In this document: positions 9,820 through 19,556 of the stretch, piece by piece
Numbering within the stretch: the first letter of the stretch is position 1
Layout: the number at the start of each line of letters is the position of its first letter
Assembly (NCBI GenBank): GCA_963666265.2
Contig: CAXXHW010000006.1
Location: 572,999 to 636,998, forward strand
Length of the DNA: 64,000 nucleotides
From: Dehalococcoidia bacterium
GTDB taxonomy: Bacteria; Chloroflexota; Dehalococcoidia; SHYB01
Direction of reading: 5' to 3'
Notes under the pieces: generated by a model
Told to the model about the DNA's origin: nothing
The model's database searches: none
What the model saw: only the letters and a program-made list of their open reading frames with translations
Made by a program: the position numbers and the translations under genes

Positions 9820-9939
9820 GTTACGGCAAGGGCGTGTCTGTGCTCGCGTCCTCATCAGTCGTTGACTTCGTAGCGGCGTAAAGCTAGGGTAAGGCAGCGA
9901 TGTACAGCCGTGAACCTCTCTATGGGGGTTAGATTCACA

Positions 9940-11073
9940 ATGGCAAATCGTAGGATCATCTCAAGTGACAGCCATGTTTTCGAGCCACATGACCTGTGGA
10001 CCAGCAGAATAGAATCCAAGTTCAGGGACCGAGCTCCTCGTATCGTGAGTGCGGAGGATGGCGACTGGTAGCACTGCGACGGTTTACGGGTCACAGGGGT
10101 CTTTGGCGGCGCCCAGCCTGGGTTACGATTTGTAGACCCTGAACAATTAAGAACCGATACCAGATTTGAGGAGGTGCGGCGCGGCGGCTATATTCCGGAG
10201 GAACACGTCAAAGATATGGACATCGACGCGGTAGATGTAAACATTCTCTATCCCACCCCAGGGGTCGCACTCTACCGGGTACCGAACGGCGAGCTTTTGA
10301 CGGCCATCTGCAGAACCTACAACGACTGGGTCGCAGAGTTCTGCACAGCCATCCCTACGCGCCTCAAGGGTATTGGTATGCTCAACACAGATGGCGTGCC
10401 AACTGCTGTCAAGGAGCTTGAGCGGTGCGCTAACCTGGGGCTGGTGGGGGTCATGATCCCCATTCGGCCGCTCCAAGACAGACCCTATGACTCGCCCGTC
10501 TACGAGTCCCTTTGGGCAGCGGCCCAAGACCTCCAGATACCTTTGAGTCTTCACACCTCTACCACGCGCACTGGGCAACTTCCACCTGATGTCAAAAGTC
10601 TTTTCCCCAGTTTCCCTCCTGGGAAGGGCTATGGTGCGAGCTCCATGGACAGCTTTGTTCGAGAGTCCTTGGGCGACATGATATTTGGCGGCGTCTTTGA
10701 ACGTTATCCCAACCTTAAGGCGGGGTCTGTGGAGGTAGAGCTAGGCTGGGCTCCCTTCTTTATTCGACGCATGGATTATATGTGCACTCAATCTCCAATG
10801 AGGGCAACAATGAAGCGGTTCAAAGGTGGGGCCCTTCCCAGCGATTTCGTGCATCGCAATGTATTTTTCAGTTTTCAGGAGGATGATCTAGGGATAAGAC
10901 TTCGTGACGTCATAGGGGTAGACAATCTCTTATGGGGCAACGACTATCCCCATGTAGAATCTACCTGGCCTAGAAGCCAGCAGGTCCTGGAGCAGATCCT
11001 GGCGGGCTGCAATGAGGAGGAGAAAGCCAAGATCTCTGGAGGCAATGCCGCCAGGGTTTACCGTCTCAACTAG
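9940..11073 (+). pseudogene. Amidohydrolase-2 (ACMSD-like metal-dependent hydrolase) interrupted by one in-frame TAG at 10069..10071
   Basis: The ATG at 9940 encodes MANRRIISSDSHVFEPHDLW...EDGDW, then TAG. The same frame continues into track ORF 10174..11073 (both coordinates are frame 1). It is a paralog of 22230..23336 (RVISADSHVNP...). Confidence 0.7.
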
Positions 11074-11175
11074 ATTGACCCCAAGACTGGTCGTCGTTCA
11101 CCGGCCAGCGTATAATCCCGTCATGCCCTCAAGGCGTATCCACAAAACCAGTCCAACGAAGCGAAGGAAGACACC

Positions 11176-12321
11176 ATGAAGTTCGGATTGCTCTACGAAT
11201 TAGAGATGCCCAAGCCCTGGGACCCCAAAAAGGAACGCGAGATTTTTCACGAGGCCCTGGAGCAGATCGTCCTGGCGGAGGAGATGGGCTTCGAATACGT
11301 CTGGATGGTGGAGCATCACTTCCTCACTGAGTTTGCCCACTCCTCGGCCCCTGAGGTCTTCCTGGGCGCCCTGACCCAGCGGACCTCAAAGATGCGCTTG
11401 GGTCATGGTGTGGTGCTGCTGCCGGTGAACCACCCTATTCGCGTCGCGGAGTATGTCGCCACCCTGGACATCATGAGCAACGGTCGGGTCGAGTTCGGCA
11501 CGGGGCGCTCCGGCACTCCCTACCAGCTCACCCCCTTCGGCACGGAGCTCAAGGACACGCGGCCCATGTGGGAGGAGGCCCTGGATATCATCCCCCGCAT
11601 GTGGACGGAGGAGGTCTTCTCCCACCAGGGGACGTACTACAACATCGCCCCACGGGAGATCATCCCCAAGCCGGTACAGGACCCCCATCCCCCCATCTGG
11701 GTCGCCGCCTCCCAAGTGGAAACCTTCAAGATGGCGGGTGAGAAGGGGATCGGCGCCCTGTGCTTCACCCTGGGAGAACCCGGCGCTCTGGGGCAACGGG
11801 TACAGACCTACAGGGAGGGCATCGCCAATGCCAAGCCGGTGGGCAAGTTCATCAACAACCATATCGGCGCCTTTACCGTGGCCTACTGCGATGAGAACGA
11901 CAAAAAGGGCAGGGAGATCGCGTCTGAGGCCGGGGCATGGTACATCGGCACCGCCCGGACACGCTACTCCAACGAATGGGCAGGCGTGGAGCCGGGCTCG
12001 GTCCCCGAGGACTACAAGTACCACAATCCCTATAGCGCAGACGGGGGTCAGTTAGCGGGACAGCTGGAGGCGCCGCAGCAGATGGACCCCGGGGCGCTTC
12101 TGGACAACGGCACCTTCTGCGGCGGCAACCCCGACGCCTGCATCCGGACGACGGAGCTCTACGAAGAGCAGGGCGTAGACCAATTCCTCCCCCTGTTCCA
12201 GGCAGGACGGATACCTCATGAAAAGATCATGAGCTCCATCCGCTTGTTCGGAAAGTATGTCATCCCGCACTTCCGCGAGAAGGACCGGAAGGCGAAGGCC
12301 GCGACGGCTGCCAGGGGTTAG
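11176..12321 (+). CDS. LLM-class (luciferase-like) flavin/F420-dependent oxidoreductase
   Basis: MKFGLLYELEMPKPW..., EEMGFEYVWMVEHHF, GRVEFGTGRS. It is a close paralog of 37779..38888. Confidence 0.9.
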   Translation: MKFGLLYELEMPKPWDPKKEREIFHEALEQIVLAEEMGFEYVWMVEHHFLTEFAHSSAPEVFLGALTQRTSKMRLGHGVVLLPVNHPIRVAEYVATLDIMSNGRVEFGTGRSGTPYQLTPFGTELKDTRPMWEEALDIIPRMWTEEVFSHQGTYYNIAPREIIPKPVQDPHPPIWVAASQVETFKMAGEKGIGALCFTLGEPGALGQRVQTYREGIANAKPVGKFINNHIGAFTVAYCDENDKKGREIASEAGAWYIGTARTRYSNEWAGVEPGSVPEDYKYHNPYSADGGQLAGQLEAPQQMDPGALLDNGTFCGGNPDACIRTTELYEEQGVDQFLPLFQAGRIPHEKIMSSIRLFGKYVIPHFREKDRKAKAATAARG

Positions 12322-12865
12322 TCCGTTTGCCTCAGGAGACACACCTCAGATATATGACACGGCAACACGAGGGGCCCGGAGTATCATCGCCGGCGTAAAA
12401 CCGGATCAAATGAACCTGCCGACTCCGTGCGCCGATTGGGATGTCGCGGCGTTAATAGAGCACATGGTCAGGGCGCAGACCGGCTCCGCGAGCACCGTTT
12501 CCGGAAGCCAGGTGGCGGCTGGCGCCACGCCGCTGGAGAGCTTCGATGCCGCGGTCTCCGCGGCCCTCACGGCCCTGAAGTCCCCCGGCGGATTGGACAA
12601 GAAGGTGCAGGGCCGGCAGGGCGAAGTCCCCGCCGCTCAGGTGATGAGTGGCGCGTGCATGGACGTGACGGTCCACACCTGGGACCTGGCGAAGGCCACG
12701 GGGCAGGACACCCGCCTCGACCCCGCGGTGGTCGAGTTCATCATGCCCATCGTGGAGGGCATCGCCCAACGAGGTCCTGGCCCCGCGTTCGCAGCGCCCA
12801 AAGACCCCGCGGCCAACGCCAGCCTTCAAGACAAGATGATCGCGCTCACTGGTAGGCAGCTCTAA
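12257..12865 (+). CDS. DinB/MDMPI_N-like metal-binding protein (TIGR03086-like); start uncertain
   Basis: GVKPDQMNLPTPCADWDVAALIEHMV matches the N-terminal domain of mycothiol-dependent maleylpyruvate isomerase-like proteins. The maximal ORF overlaps the preceding gene by 65 nt. I found no obvious in-frame start with an RBS after 12321 other than the ATG at 12409. Confidence 0.65.
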   Translation: MSSRTSARRTGRRRPRRLPGVSPFASGDTPQIYDTATRGARSIIAGVKPDQMNLPTPCADWDVAALIEHMVRAQTGSASTVSGSQVAAGATPLESFDAAVSAALTALKSPGGLDKKVQGRQGEVPAAQVMSGACMDVTVHTWDLAKATGQDTRLDPAVVEFIMPIVEGIAQRGPGPAFAAPKDPAANASLQDKMIALTGRQL

Positions 12866-12923
12866 GGGCAGCCCCTTGGCCTTCCGGCACGACTCCATGG
12901 CACAACGCTGAAGGGAGTTGAGG

Positions 12924-14162
12924 ATGGACTTCGAATACCGACCAAATTATACCCCGGAGCTTGAAGATTTCAGGAAAGAGGTCAGGACCTGGATGGAAGG
13001 GAATATTCCTCCGGAGATCAAGGCCCCTGTGGACTCCGAGGATATGCCAGACGATCTCTACGAGTTTGGGGTCCAGCTGCGCATCAAGCTTGCTGAAAAA
13101 AAGAACTGGCTTTACCCATCCTATTCCAAGCAATACGGAGGTGGCGGCCTCACCCCGCAGCATGGGGCTATCATCTGGGAGGAGCTGCGAAGACGCAACC
13201 CACCCACGATTTTCAGCAATGATCTTATCCTCCCCTCGATTCTCGTTTGGGGTACTGAAGAGCAGAAGCAGAAATTCCTTCCAGGGATCTTCTCCGGGAA
13301 GATCATATGTTTCCAGAACTTCACGGAGCCCCAGGGGGGCTCGGACCTTGCCAACATCAAGTGCCGAGCGGTGCGGGATGGCGATGATTGGATCATCAAC
13401 GGTGAGAAGACCTTCGTCAGCGGCGGTGGCCCTGGACGAGCCGACCTCCTGTTCGGCCCCATGATGACTGATCCGGAGGCCCCTCGGCACCACAACCTGG
13501 GCTATTTCCTTGTTCCCGCCAAGACCCCAGGGGTGACGCTCATCCCTCTCAACCTGCTGAACGGCCGTAATCAGCACACGGTGATCATGGATAACGTCCG
13601 CGTTCCGCACGACCACCTGATAGGTGATGATCACCAGGGTTGGCAGGTGGCTCAGACAGTGTTGGAGGCGGAGCACGGCGGCCGGGGCCAATCGGCGCCA
13701 TTCAACGAAAGCGCGAATGATTTCTACCACTTTGTTCGCTCAACACAGACTAACGGCAATGTCCTCGGGAAGGACCCCCTCGTCCAGGAACGCGTCGTCG
13801 ATTTCTACATTGAGAGCCACCTCAACGCGCTGCTTGGCATGCGAAACTATTCGATGTATAACAACAAACAGGAGATGTCCTACGAGGGCTCGCAGACTGT
13901 CGTGCTTCGGAAGGAAACGAGCGTACGTAACGCCGATAGGGTCCGGGATGTGATGGGCCCTTACGCTCTTCTCAAGCACGGGGACCCTCGTGCGCCATTC
14001 CAGGGCAAACCGGAGATTCAGCAGCGCAACAGCCTGGTGGCCCTTCATCCAGGTGGCACTCTCGAGGTCCAAAAGGTCATCATCGCCAGGCGTCTCGGGC
14101 TCAGCCGGACCCAAGAACGGGCAGCGCCAACGCCCGCTACGGCCGCAGGCATCACTGCATAA
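12924..14162 (+). CDS. Acyl-CoA dehydrogenase family protein
   Basis: ACAD N-terminal, middle and C-terminal domains (FTEPQGGSDLANI, WIINGEKTFVSGG). RBS GAAGGGAG lies 6 nt before the ATG at 12924. Confidence 0.9.
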   Translation: MDFEYRPNYTPELEDFRKEVRTWMEGNIPPEIKAPVDSEDMPDDLYEFGVQLRIKLAEKKNWLYPSYSKQYGGGGLTPQHGAIIWEELRRRNPPTIFSNDLILPSILVWGTEEQKQKFLPGIFSGKIICFQNFTEPQGGSDLANIKCRAVRDGDDWIINGEKTFVSGGGPGRADLLFGPMMTDPEAPRHHNLGYFLVPAKTPGVTLIPLNLLNGRNQHTVIMDNVRVPHDHLIGDDHQGWQVAQTVLEAEHGGRGQSAPFNESANDFYHFVRSTQTNGNVLGKDPLVQERVVDFYIESHLNALLGMRNYSMYNNKQEMSYEGSQTVVLRKETSVRNADRVRDVMGPYALLKHGDPRAPFQGKPEIQQRNSLVALHPGGTLEVQKVIIARRLGLSRTQERAAPTPATAAGITA

Positions 14163-14177
14163 AGGAGTGGGCCAGAG

Positions 14178-14762
14178 ATGCCCGAGGCGATTCCCCCCCG
14201 GCAAGCCACCGAGCTCTCCACCAAAGAGGATGTCCTCGGGCGGGCAACGACCATGGGAGGACAACACCGCGTTGTTCAAGACCTTTTCGCATACGCTCGT
14301 GACACGAGACGGGAAGGAAGGGCGCTCAGCGAGGATGCCCTGGTCCAGGAACGCCTTCTTGACGCCTTTATCGACTGCGAGATAGGACGGCTCTTCGAAG
14401 AGCGGAACGAGCGGATGAAGCTAGCCGGTCAGGAGCTGACGTACGAGACGGCGCAGTACACTCTTTGGACCAAGAAATCGGCGTTGCGCGTGGCCGGATT
14501 TATTCACGACGTCGTGGGACCCTTTGCCCTCCTGGGCGGCGAAGACCCTTGCGCGCCCCTTGGCGGCGTCTTCGGTGCGTACTGGCAACAGGCGGTCCTG
14601 GAGTTAGGCCGGGACGGGATAACAGCCGAGGAGGCTTCCGCGGCGATGGCCCATGGCCTGGGATTTGTTTGGGCCGAAAATCGCGAAGGGGCGTGGCCGA
14701 GCGCTGCTGAATACACCGGCTTCTCTCAGGCTGGAGCTGTGGCGCAGGCGGGAGCAGGCTAG
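14178..14762 (+). CDS. Stand-alone acyl-CoA dehydrogenase C-terminal-domain-like protein
   Basis: This 194 aa protein aligns by eye with the C-terminal helical domain of the upstream ACAD (LVQERLLDAFIDCEI.. against LVQERVVDFYIESHL..; VVGPFALLGGEDP against VMGPYALLKHGDP). RBS AAAGGAG. Confidence 0.6.
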   Translation: MPEAIPPRQATELSTKEDVLGRATTMGGQHRVVQDLFAYARDTRREGRALSEDALVQERLLDAFIDCEIGRLFEERNERMKLAGQELTYETAQYTLWTKKSALRVAGFIHDVVGPFALLGGEDPCAPLGGVFGAYWQQAVLELGRDGITAEEASAAMAHGLGFVWAENREGAWPSAAEYTGFSQAGAVAQAGAG

Positions 14763-14780
14763 CTCACAAGAGGGAAGACC

Positions 14781-15944
14781 ATGGACCTGAGCCTCAGCGA
14801 AGAACAGACTATGCTCCAGACCTTGGCGGTCAACTTCCTGAAGAGTGAGGTGCCCAAGGAGCGGGTGCTGGAGATCGACGAGAGCCCGAACGGTTTCTCA
14901 GAAGAGCTCTGGCGACAGATGGTCCGCATGGAATGGACGGGGATGGCCATTCCCGAGGAGTTCGGTGGGACAGGGAACTCGTGGACCGATCTCGGGGTCA
15001 TCTACGAGGCCCTCGGCGAGGCCTGTTGCCCCAGCCCGCACCTCTCCACGGTCCTCTGTTCCCAGGTGATTCTGGAGACCGGCGCCGCGGCACAACATAA
15101 GGACCTCCTCTCTTCCATCGCGAAGACAGGACACGTGCTTTCCTTTTGCTACACCGAGCCGGAGTACGGATGGGAACCCGAACACATTCGTCTCTCAGCC
15201 AACCGCAGCAATGGCGACTACGTCCTGAACGGGACGAAGCTGTTCGTCGCCGATGCCAATATCGCCGACCAGTTGCTCGTCGTCGCCAGGACCTCCTCCC
15301 AAGGGTCTCCCGAGAACGGCATCAGCGTTTTCCTGGTCGACCGCAAGGCATCGGGTGTTTCCGTTCGACGCCATGTTGGTTGGATGAGTGAAAACCTCTC
15401 CGAAATCGAGCTGTCGAACGTCTCTGTTCCGGCCTCCGCCGTTATCGGCGAAGTTGGAGGCGCCTGGGGAGCCATAGAGCGCGCCCGCGACCGAGCCACT
15501 GCCGTTCTTTCACTCTATATGGCCGGGGGTGCTCGGCGTGTTATGGACATGGCCATCGAGTACAGCAAATCCCGGATTTTGTACGGGGTCCCGATCGGCA
15601 CCTTCCAGCGAGTGCAGGACCACGTCATCCTTGGGGTCAACCATGCTGACGCTATAAAATGGTCCGCCTACGAGGCCCTCTGGAAGCTGGATGAAGGAAA
15701 GTCCGATGCCCCGGTGAGCGTTTCGATGGCGAAGGCGGCGGCCAGCGTGGGGTTCCCCCAGGCGTGTGAGGAATCTCACCACGTGCACGCAGGGGTCGGG
15801 ACCGATTTCGCCTACGGCCTGGTCCAGTACACCAAGAAGGCCCGGACCCTTCAGCATTACCTGGGCGACGCGATCTATCACAAGAAGCGCATGGCCAGTC
15901 TCTTGCAGCTCGACCAGCCACCCGAGGAGTCTCCAAGCGGGTGA
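14781..15944 (+). CDS. Acyl-CoA dehydrogenase family protein
   Basis: MDLSLSEEQ..., TEPEYGW, YVLNGTKLFV, and a C-terminal HHVHAGVGTDFAYGL. Confidence 0.9.
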   Translation: MDLSLSEEQTMLQTLAVNFLKSEVPKERVLEIDESPNGFSEELWRQMVRMEWTGMAIPEEFGGTGNSWTDLGVIYEALGEACCPSPHLSTVLCSQVILETGAAAQHKDLLSSIAKTGHVLSFCYTEPEYGWEPEHIRLSANRSNGDYVLNGTKLFVADANIADQLLVVARTSSQGSPENGISVFLVDRKASGVSVRRHVGWMSENLSEIELSNVSVPASAVIGEVGGAWGAIERARDRATAVLSLYMAGGARRVMDMAIEYSKSRILYGVPIGTFQRVQDHVILGVNHADAIKWSAYEALWKLDEGKSDAPVSVSMAKAAASVGFPQACEESHHVHAGVGTDFAYGLVQYTKKARTLQHYLGDAIYHKKRMASLLQLDQPPEESPSG

Positions 15945-16011
15945 GGCCAGCGGGAGGGGCTTGGTGCTTACGACGCAAAGACGAGGTGATGAACCGCGTC
16001 CGCGACCCCAG

Positions 16012-16977
16012 CTAACGCGCCGGTGAGATTGTATCGATCTCCACAAGCTCGTTTTCGGTCAATTTCCAATCGGCGCCCTTGGAGTTGGCCTCCACCTGCT
16101 CTGGCTTGGTGGCCCCGGCAATGATGGTGCTCACGCGGGGGTTTGCCACGAGCCAAGCAATGGCCAGCTCGCCGATCGTACGTCCTCGTTCCTGGGCAAA
16201 CCTCTCCAAGTCGATGATCGTCTTCATCCTCCGCTCGCTCAGCATTTGGGAGGTCAGCTCCTTCGGCATACCCGCCAGCCGGGAGTCTGGAGGCAGACGT
16301 TCACCGGACCGATATTTGCCCGTGAGTAAACCCGAGGCGAGAGGCCAGTACGGAATGACGCCGATGTCGTAGGCCCGACAACAGGGCAGAAGGTCACGTT
16401 CCATGCCCCGCCGCAGCAGGTTGTACTCGGGCTGGACTGACACAAAGGAATTGAGGTTGAAGGCGCGAGATGTCCAGATGGCCTCGCACAACTGCCAACT
16501 TTCAAAGTTCGAACAGCCGATGTAGCGGACTTTACCCTGGTGAATCAAGTCATCTAACGCCCGTAAGGTCTCCTCGATAGGGGTGCCAGGGTCCGGTCGG
16601 TGCATCTGATAAAGGTCGATATAGTCAGTCTGAGCACGGCGCAAGCTCTTCTCAACTTCTTCCATCACATGCTTACGGGAGCCGCCCTGGGCGTTGGGAC
16701 CATCGCCGATCTTATTGCCGAACTTGGTAGCGAGAATGACCTTGTCGCGTTTGCCCTTCAAAGCTTTCCCGATGAAGAGCTCGGAGTCCCCGTACTCATT
16801 CGCCGTATCGATGAAATTGATGCCGAGGTCGAGCGCTTTGTCGATGACTCTTATGCTCTCCTCTTGATTCGCCCTTATAGGCATGCCAGAAACACCCAGG
16901 TCCATCCCGAAGTTATTCCCTCCCAGCCCAAGGACGGAAACTTCTAGACCCGACGCTCCGAGACGGCGATACTCCAT
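16012..16977 (-). CDS. Aldo/keto reductase
   Basis: MEYRRLGASGLEVSVLGLGGNNFG, DTANEYGDSE, IDLYQMHRPD, GCSNF. RBS GGAG upstream of the ATG at 16977. The longer track ORF start at 17031 is rejected. Confidence 0.9.
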   Translation of the reverse strand: MEYRRLGASGLEVSVLGLGGNNFGMDLGVSGMPIRANQEESIRVIDKALDLGINFIDTANEYGDSELFIGKALKGKRDKVILATKFGNKIGDGPNAQGGSRKHVMEEVEKSLRRAQTDYIDLYQMHRPDPGTPIEETLRALDDLIHQGKVRYIGCSNFESWQLCEAIWTSRAFNLNSFVSVQPEYNLLRRGMERDLLPCCRAYDIGVIPYWPLASGLLTGKYRSGERLPPDSRLAGMPKELTSQMLSERRMKTIIDLERFAQERGRTIGELAIAWLVANPRVSTIIAGATKPEQVEANSKGADWKLTENELVEIDTISPAR

Positions 16978-17057
16978 TGATTGCTCCGATAATGCAGGTG
17001 GCCCGCTAACGTCGATTATACCGTCGCCCAACTAGCTGTGGGGGCTTTGCCCAAAAA

Positions 17058-17180
17058 TGTCATCCTGACGAGCGGAGCGAGGAAGAATCTGGGGTGGGGA
17101 TGGCGGACAAAAGAGGAACCCCCGCCGCCCTAGACCCTTCGGCTTCGCTCAGAGCCTGCCCTGAGCTTGCCGAAGGGGTG
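17058..17180 (+). repeat. Intergenic short hairpin repeat modules
   Basis: GTCATCCTGACGAGCGGAGCGAGGAAGAATCTGG module, then a nested hairpin CCCTTCGGC...GCTCAG..CTGAGC...GCCGAAGGG at 17134..17176. The GCCCTGAGC..GAAGGG motif recurs in the 48 kb and 50.6 kb repeats. Confidence 0.5.
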
Positions 17181-17233
17181 ACAAGAAACTACGCCTTTCG
17201 AAAGCAACTATCCGGCGGCCTGGCGGCATTTCG

Positions 17234-17263
17234 TTGACTGGTATTCCGAGCCCGCAGTACAAT
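17234..17263 (+). promoter_or_regulatory. Sigma70-like promoter (TTGACT, 18 nt spacer, TACAAT) upstream of the SDR gene
   Basis: -35 TTGACT at 17234..17239 and -10 TACAAT at 17258..17263, about 120 nt upstream of the ATG at 17387. Confidence 0.5.
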
Positions 17264-17386
17264 CCAGCCGCTTTGGCGATAAAGCCTTGGGCCATTGCGT
17301 CGTGAAAGAGCAGTAGGGAGGCGCGGCCCGAGAATTCAAGCAGGGCGATTCGATACAGCCGCCGGGATCACAGCCAAGGGGGGAGC

Positions 17387-18274
17387 ATGAGCCAGCAGAG
17401 GAAAGTAGCCCTGATTACAGGAGCCAGCCGCGGGATCGGCAGGGGCTGCGCGATCCATCTAGCCAAAAGGGGATTGGACGTGGTCCTGTGCGCTCGCACC
17501 GTGAAAAAAGGGCAGGCCTTCGAGCATTCATCCACGGTCAAAAAGTCAGATACAAGGCCGCTGCCCGGAAGTTTGGAGGAGACGGCGGCGGAGTTGGAGG
17601 CCCATGGGGTGAAGGTCCTATCGATCAAGATGGACCTGCTGGAAAAAGCAGACCTGGAGCAGGCCGTGGAGCAAACGCTCCATGAATTTGGCCGCGTCGA
17701 CGTGCTGGTGAACAACGGACGATACATCGGGCCGGGTCATATGGACCTGCTCATGGACACCCCCATAGACATACTGGAGAAGCATGTCATGGCCAACACC
17801 ATCGCCCCCATCTACCTCACCAAGCTCGTTGTGCCGGCGATGATCGAACAGGGTGGCGGGGTCGTCATCAACCTGACCTCGGGTTCAGGCCAGCACGAGA
17901 CAGCGGCCCTGCCTGGCGAAGGAGGGTGGGGCCTTGGCTACTCGATCAGCAAGGCTGGGTTCAACCGCGCAGGGCCCGGGATGGCCAAGGAGCTCCGCCA
18001 GCACAATATCTCGATCATCAACCTGGAGCCGGGCTTCGTGGCGACTGAGCGCATGGCCTTCGATATGGGGGCTTTCGGCTTTGACGTCAACGCAGGGCTC
18101 AGCGTCGATGTCCCAGGGGCGGTCTGTGCCTTTCTGGCTACCTGTCCGCACCCTATGTTCTTCTCCGGCAAGCAGGTGGATGCCCCGGAATTCGCCGTCG
18201 CCCACGGTTTGGTAGACCCGGCGACGTTGCCGCGTTCTCATGCGCCGAGCAATTGGGGTCTTCCCAGAGGTTAG
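17387..18274 (+). CDS. SDR family oxidoreductase
   Basis: ALITGASRGIGRG glycine motif, NNGRY, YSISKAG catalytic YxxxK. RBS GGGGGAG. Confidence 0.9.
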   Translation: MSQQRKVALITGASRGIGRGCAIHLAKRGLDVVLCARTVKKGQAFEHSSTVKKSDTRPLPGSLEETAAELEAHGVKVLSIKMDLLEKADLEQAVEQTLHEFGRVDVLVNNGRYIGPGHMDLLMDTPIDILEKHVMANTIAPIYLTKLVVPAMIEQGGGVVINLTSGSGQHETAALPGEGGWGLGYSISKAGFNRAGPGMAKELRQHNISIINLEPGFVATERMAFDMGAFGFDVNAGLSVDVPGAVCAFLATCPHPMFFSGKQVDAPEFAVAHGLVDPATLPRSHAPSNWGLPRG

Positions 18275-18311
18275 CACGACCACAGCCTCAAAGGTGGTCC
18301 AGGAGGGCTTG

Positions 18312-19322
18312 ATGAACTTCTGCATAGGGATGCCGTTTCACATGTTCATTCGAGACGCGCGGCAAGGGAAACCAGAGACCATCGCCACCGTCGTCCGCGA
18401 GGTGGAGGATATGGGTTACTGGGGTCTTACCGTCTCCCATCACATTTCCGACCCGGGCCTATCGGCGATGGGGCACGCGGGCGGCGAGCTCGTTAACTGG
18501 CGCTACGGGGACCCGATCTCCATGCTGAGCTACCTTGCCGCCGTTTCCAGGACAGCCAAGCTTATTCCGTGGGTCATGGTCCTGCCCTATAGGAAACCAG
18601 TCGATCTGGCCCACAGCCTGGCCTCCATCGACTCCCTTTCGGGCGGACGGCTGGTCTTTGGAGCGGGGGTCGGGGCCAGAGAGAGTGAGTTCCAGCTCCT
18701 TGGAGTCCCACGGGAGGAGCGGGGCAAAATGGCTGACGAATGGCTGGACATCATCATTGAGCTGTGGACCAACCCAAAGGCTACATACTCGGGCCGTTAC
18801 TACAGCTTCGAAAACGTGAACCTCACCGTGCGACCCGTCCAGCAACCCCGGCCGCCGATTTGGATAGGCGGCGGAACTCGGGCAGCCCTCCGCCGAGCCA
18901 TAAGGGTGGGCGATGTCTGGGCGCCGACCGCGTTCAGTTTTCCGCCGGAAGAAGGGGTCCCCCGCCCTGTGGTTACCGGGACCCGTCTTCGAGGCGCTGT
19001 CACGGCGGGCGATGTCAAGGAAGAGCTGGCCTGGGCCAACGAGCAGCGCAAGGCCCTCGGCAAGCCCCCCCTGGAATGTGCGGCGGGCGCGGGTATTCCC
19101 CTGACGTTCTTAGATAAGCCTCAGAAGGGACCTCCCCGCTCCCGCAAGGATGTCACCTATTTCACCTCCCGGGGTACGCCAGATGAGCTTTTGGAGGAGT
19201 TCGCCGCTTTCAAGGAGGCCGGCGTCACTAACTTCTCTGTCAAGTTCACCGGCGACACGCCAGAGGACTACCTCCGAGACGCGGAAACTTTTGCCACCCG
19301 TATCATGCCCGCATTGGGCTAG
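18312..19322 (+). CDS. LLM-class F420/flavin-dependent oxidoreductase
   Basis: GYWGLTVSHH, GGRLVFGAGVG, RPPIWIGG. The start is at MNFCIGMP with RBS CAGGAGGG. The track start at 18240 overlaps the upstream SDR. Confidence 0.85.
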   Translation: MNFCIGMPFHMFIRDARQGKPETIATVVREVEDMGYWGLTVSHHISDPGLSAMGHAGGELVNWRYGDPISMLSYLAAVSRTAKLIPWVMVLPYRKPVDLAHSLASIDSLSGGRLVFGAGVGARESEFQLLGVPREERGKMADEWLDIIIELWTNPKATYSGRYYSFENVNLTVRPVQQPRPPIWIGGGTRAALRRAIRVGDVWAPTAFSFPPEEGVPRPVVTGTRLRGAVTAGDVKEELAWANEQRKALGKPPLECAAGAGIPLTFLDKPQKGPPRSRKDVTYFTSRGTPDELLEEFAAFKEAGVTNFSVKFTGDTPEDYLRDAETFATRIMPALG

Positions 19323-19459
19323 GAGGGCTGTGTTTCGCCCGATGACGCAGGCCCGAGGGACGGCTTATCTCTGAACGCCTCAAGGGTAACTTCTGGAGCG
19401 AGCAAGCATCCAGTCTATGACGATATTCGTCATCGTTTCGTCCCTGTATATAAGAGGGG

Positions 19460-19488
19460 TTGACAATATCTACAAAGGTCACTATCCT
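19460..19488 (+). promoter_or_regulatory. Sigma70-like promoter (TTGACA, 17 nt spacer, TATCCT) upstream of the SBP gene
   Basis: -35 at 19460..19465 and -10 at 19483..19488, about 70 nt upstream of the ATG at 19557. Confidence 0.5.
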
Positions 19489-19556
19489 CCGGCGCATACC
19501 AGGTGAGTACTGGGATAACGCCCTGATAAGGTAGCGTGCCCAAGGGAGGCCGTATC

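Noticed and set aside
10069-10071. The in-frame TAG as a pyrrolysine or programmed readthrough codon.
   Set aside because: No pyl genes or PYLIS-like context are visible. TAG is used as a normal stop by several genes here (for example at 9601, 11071 and 12319). The simplest explanation is a TGG-to-TAG mutation or a base-call error.
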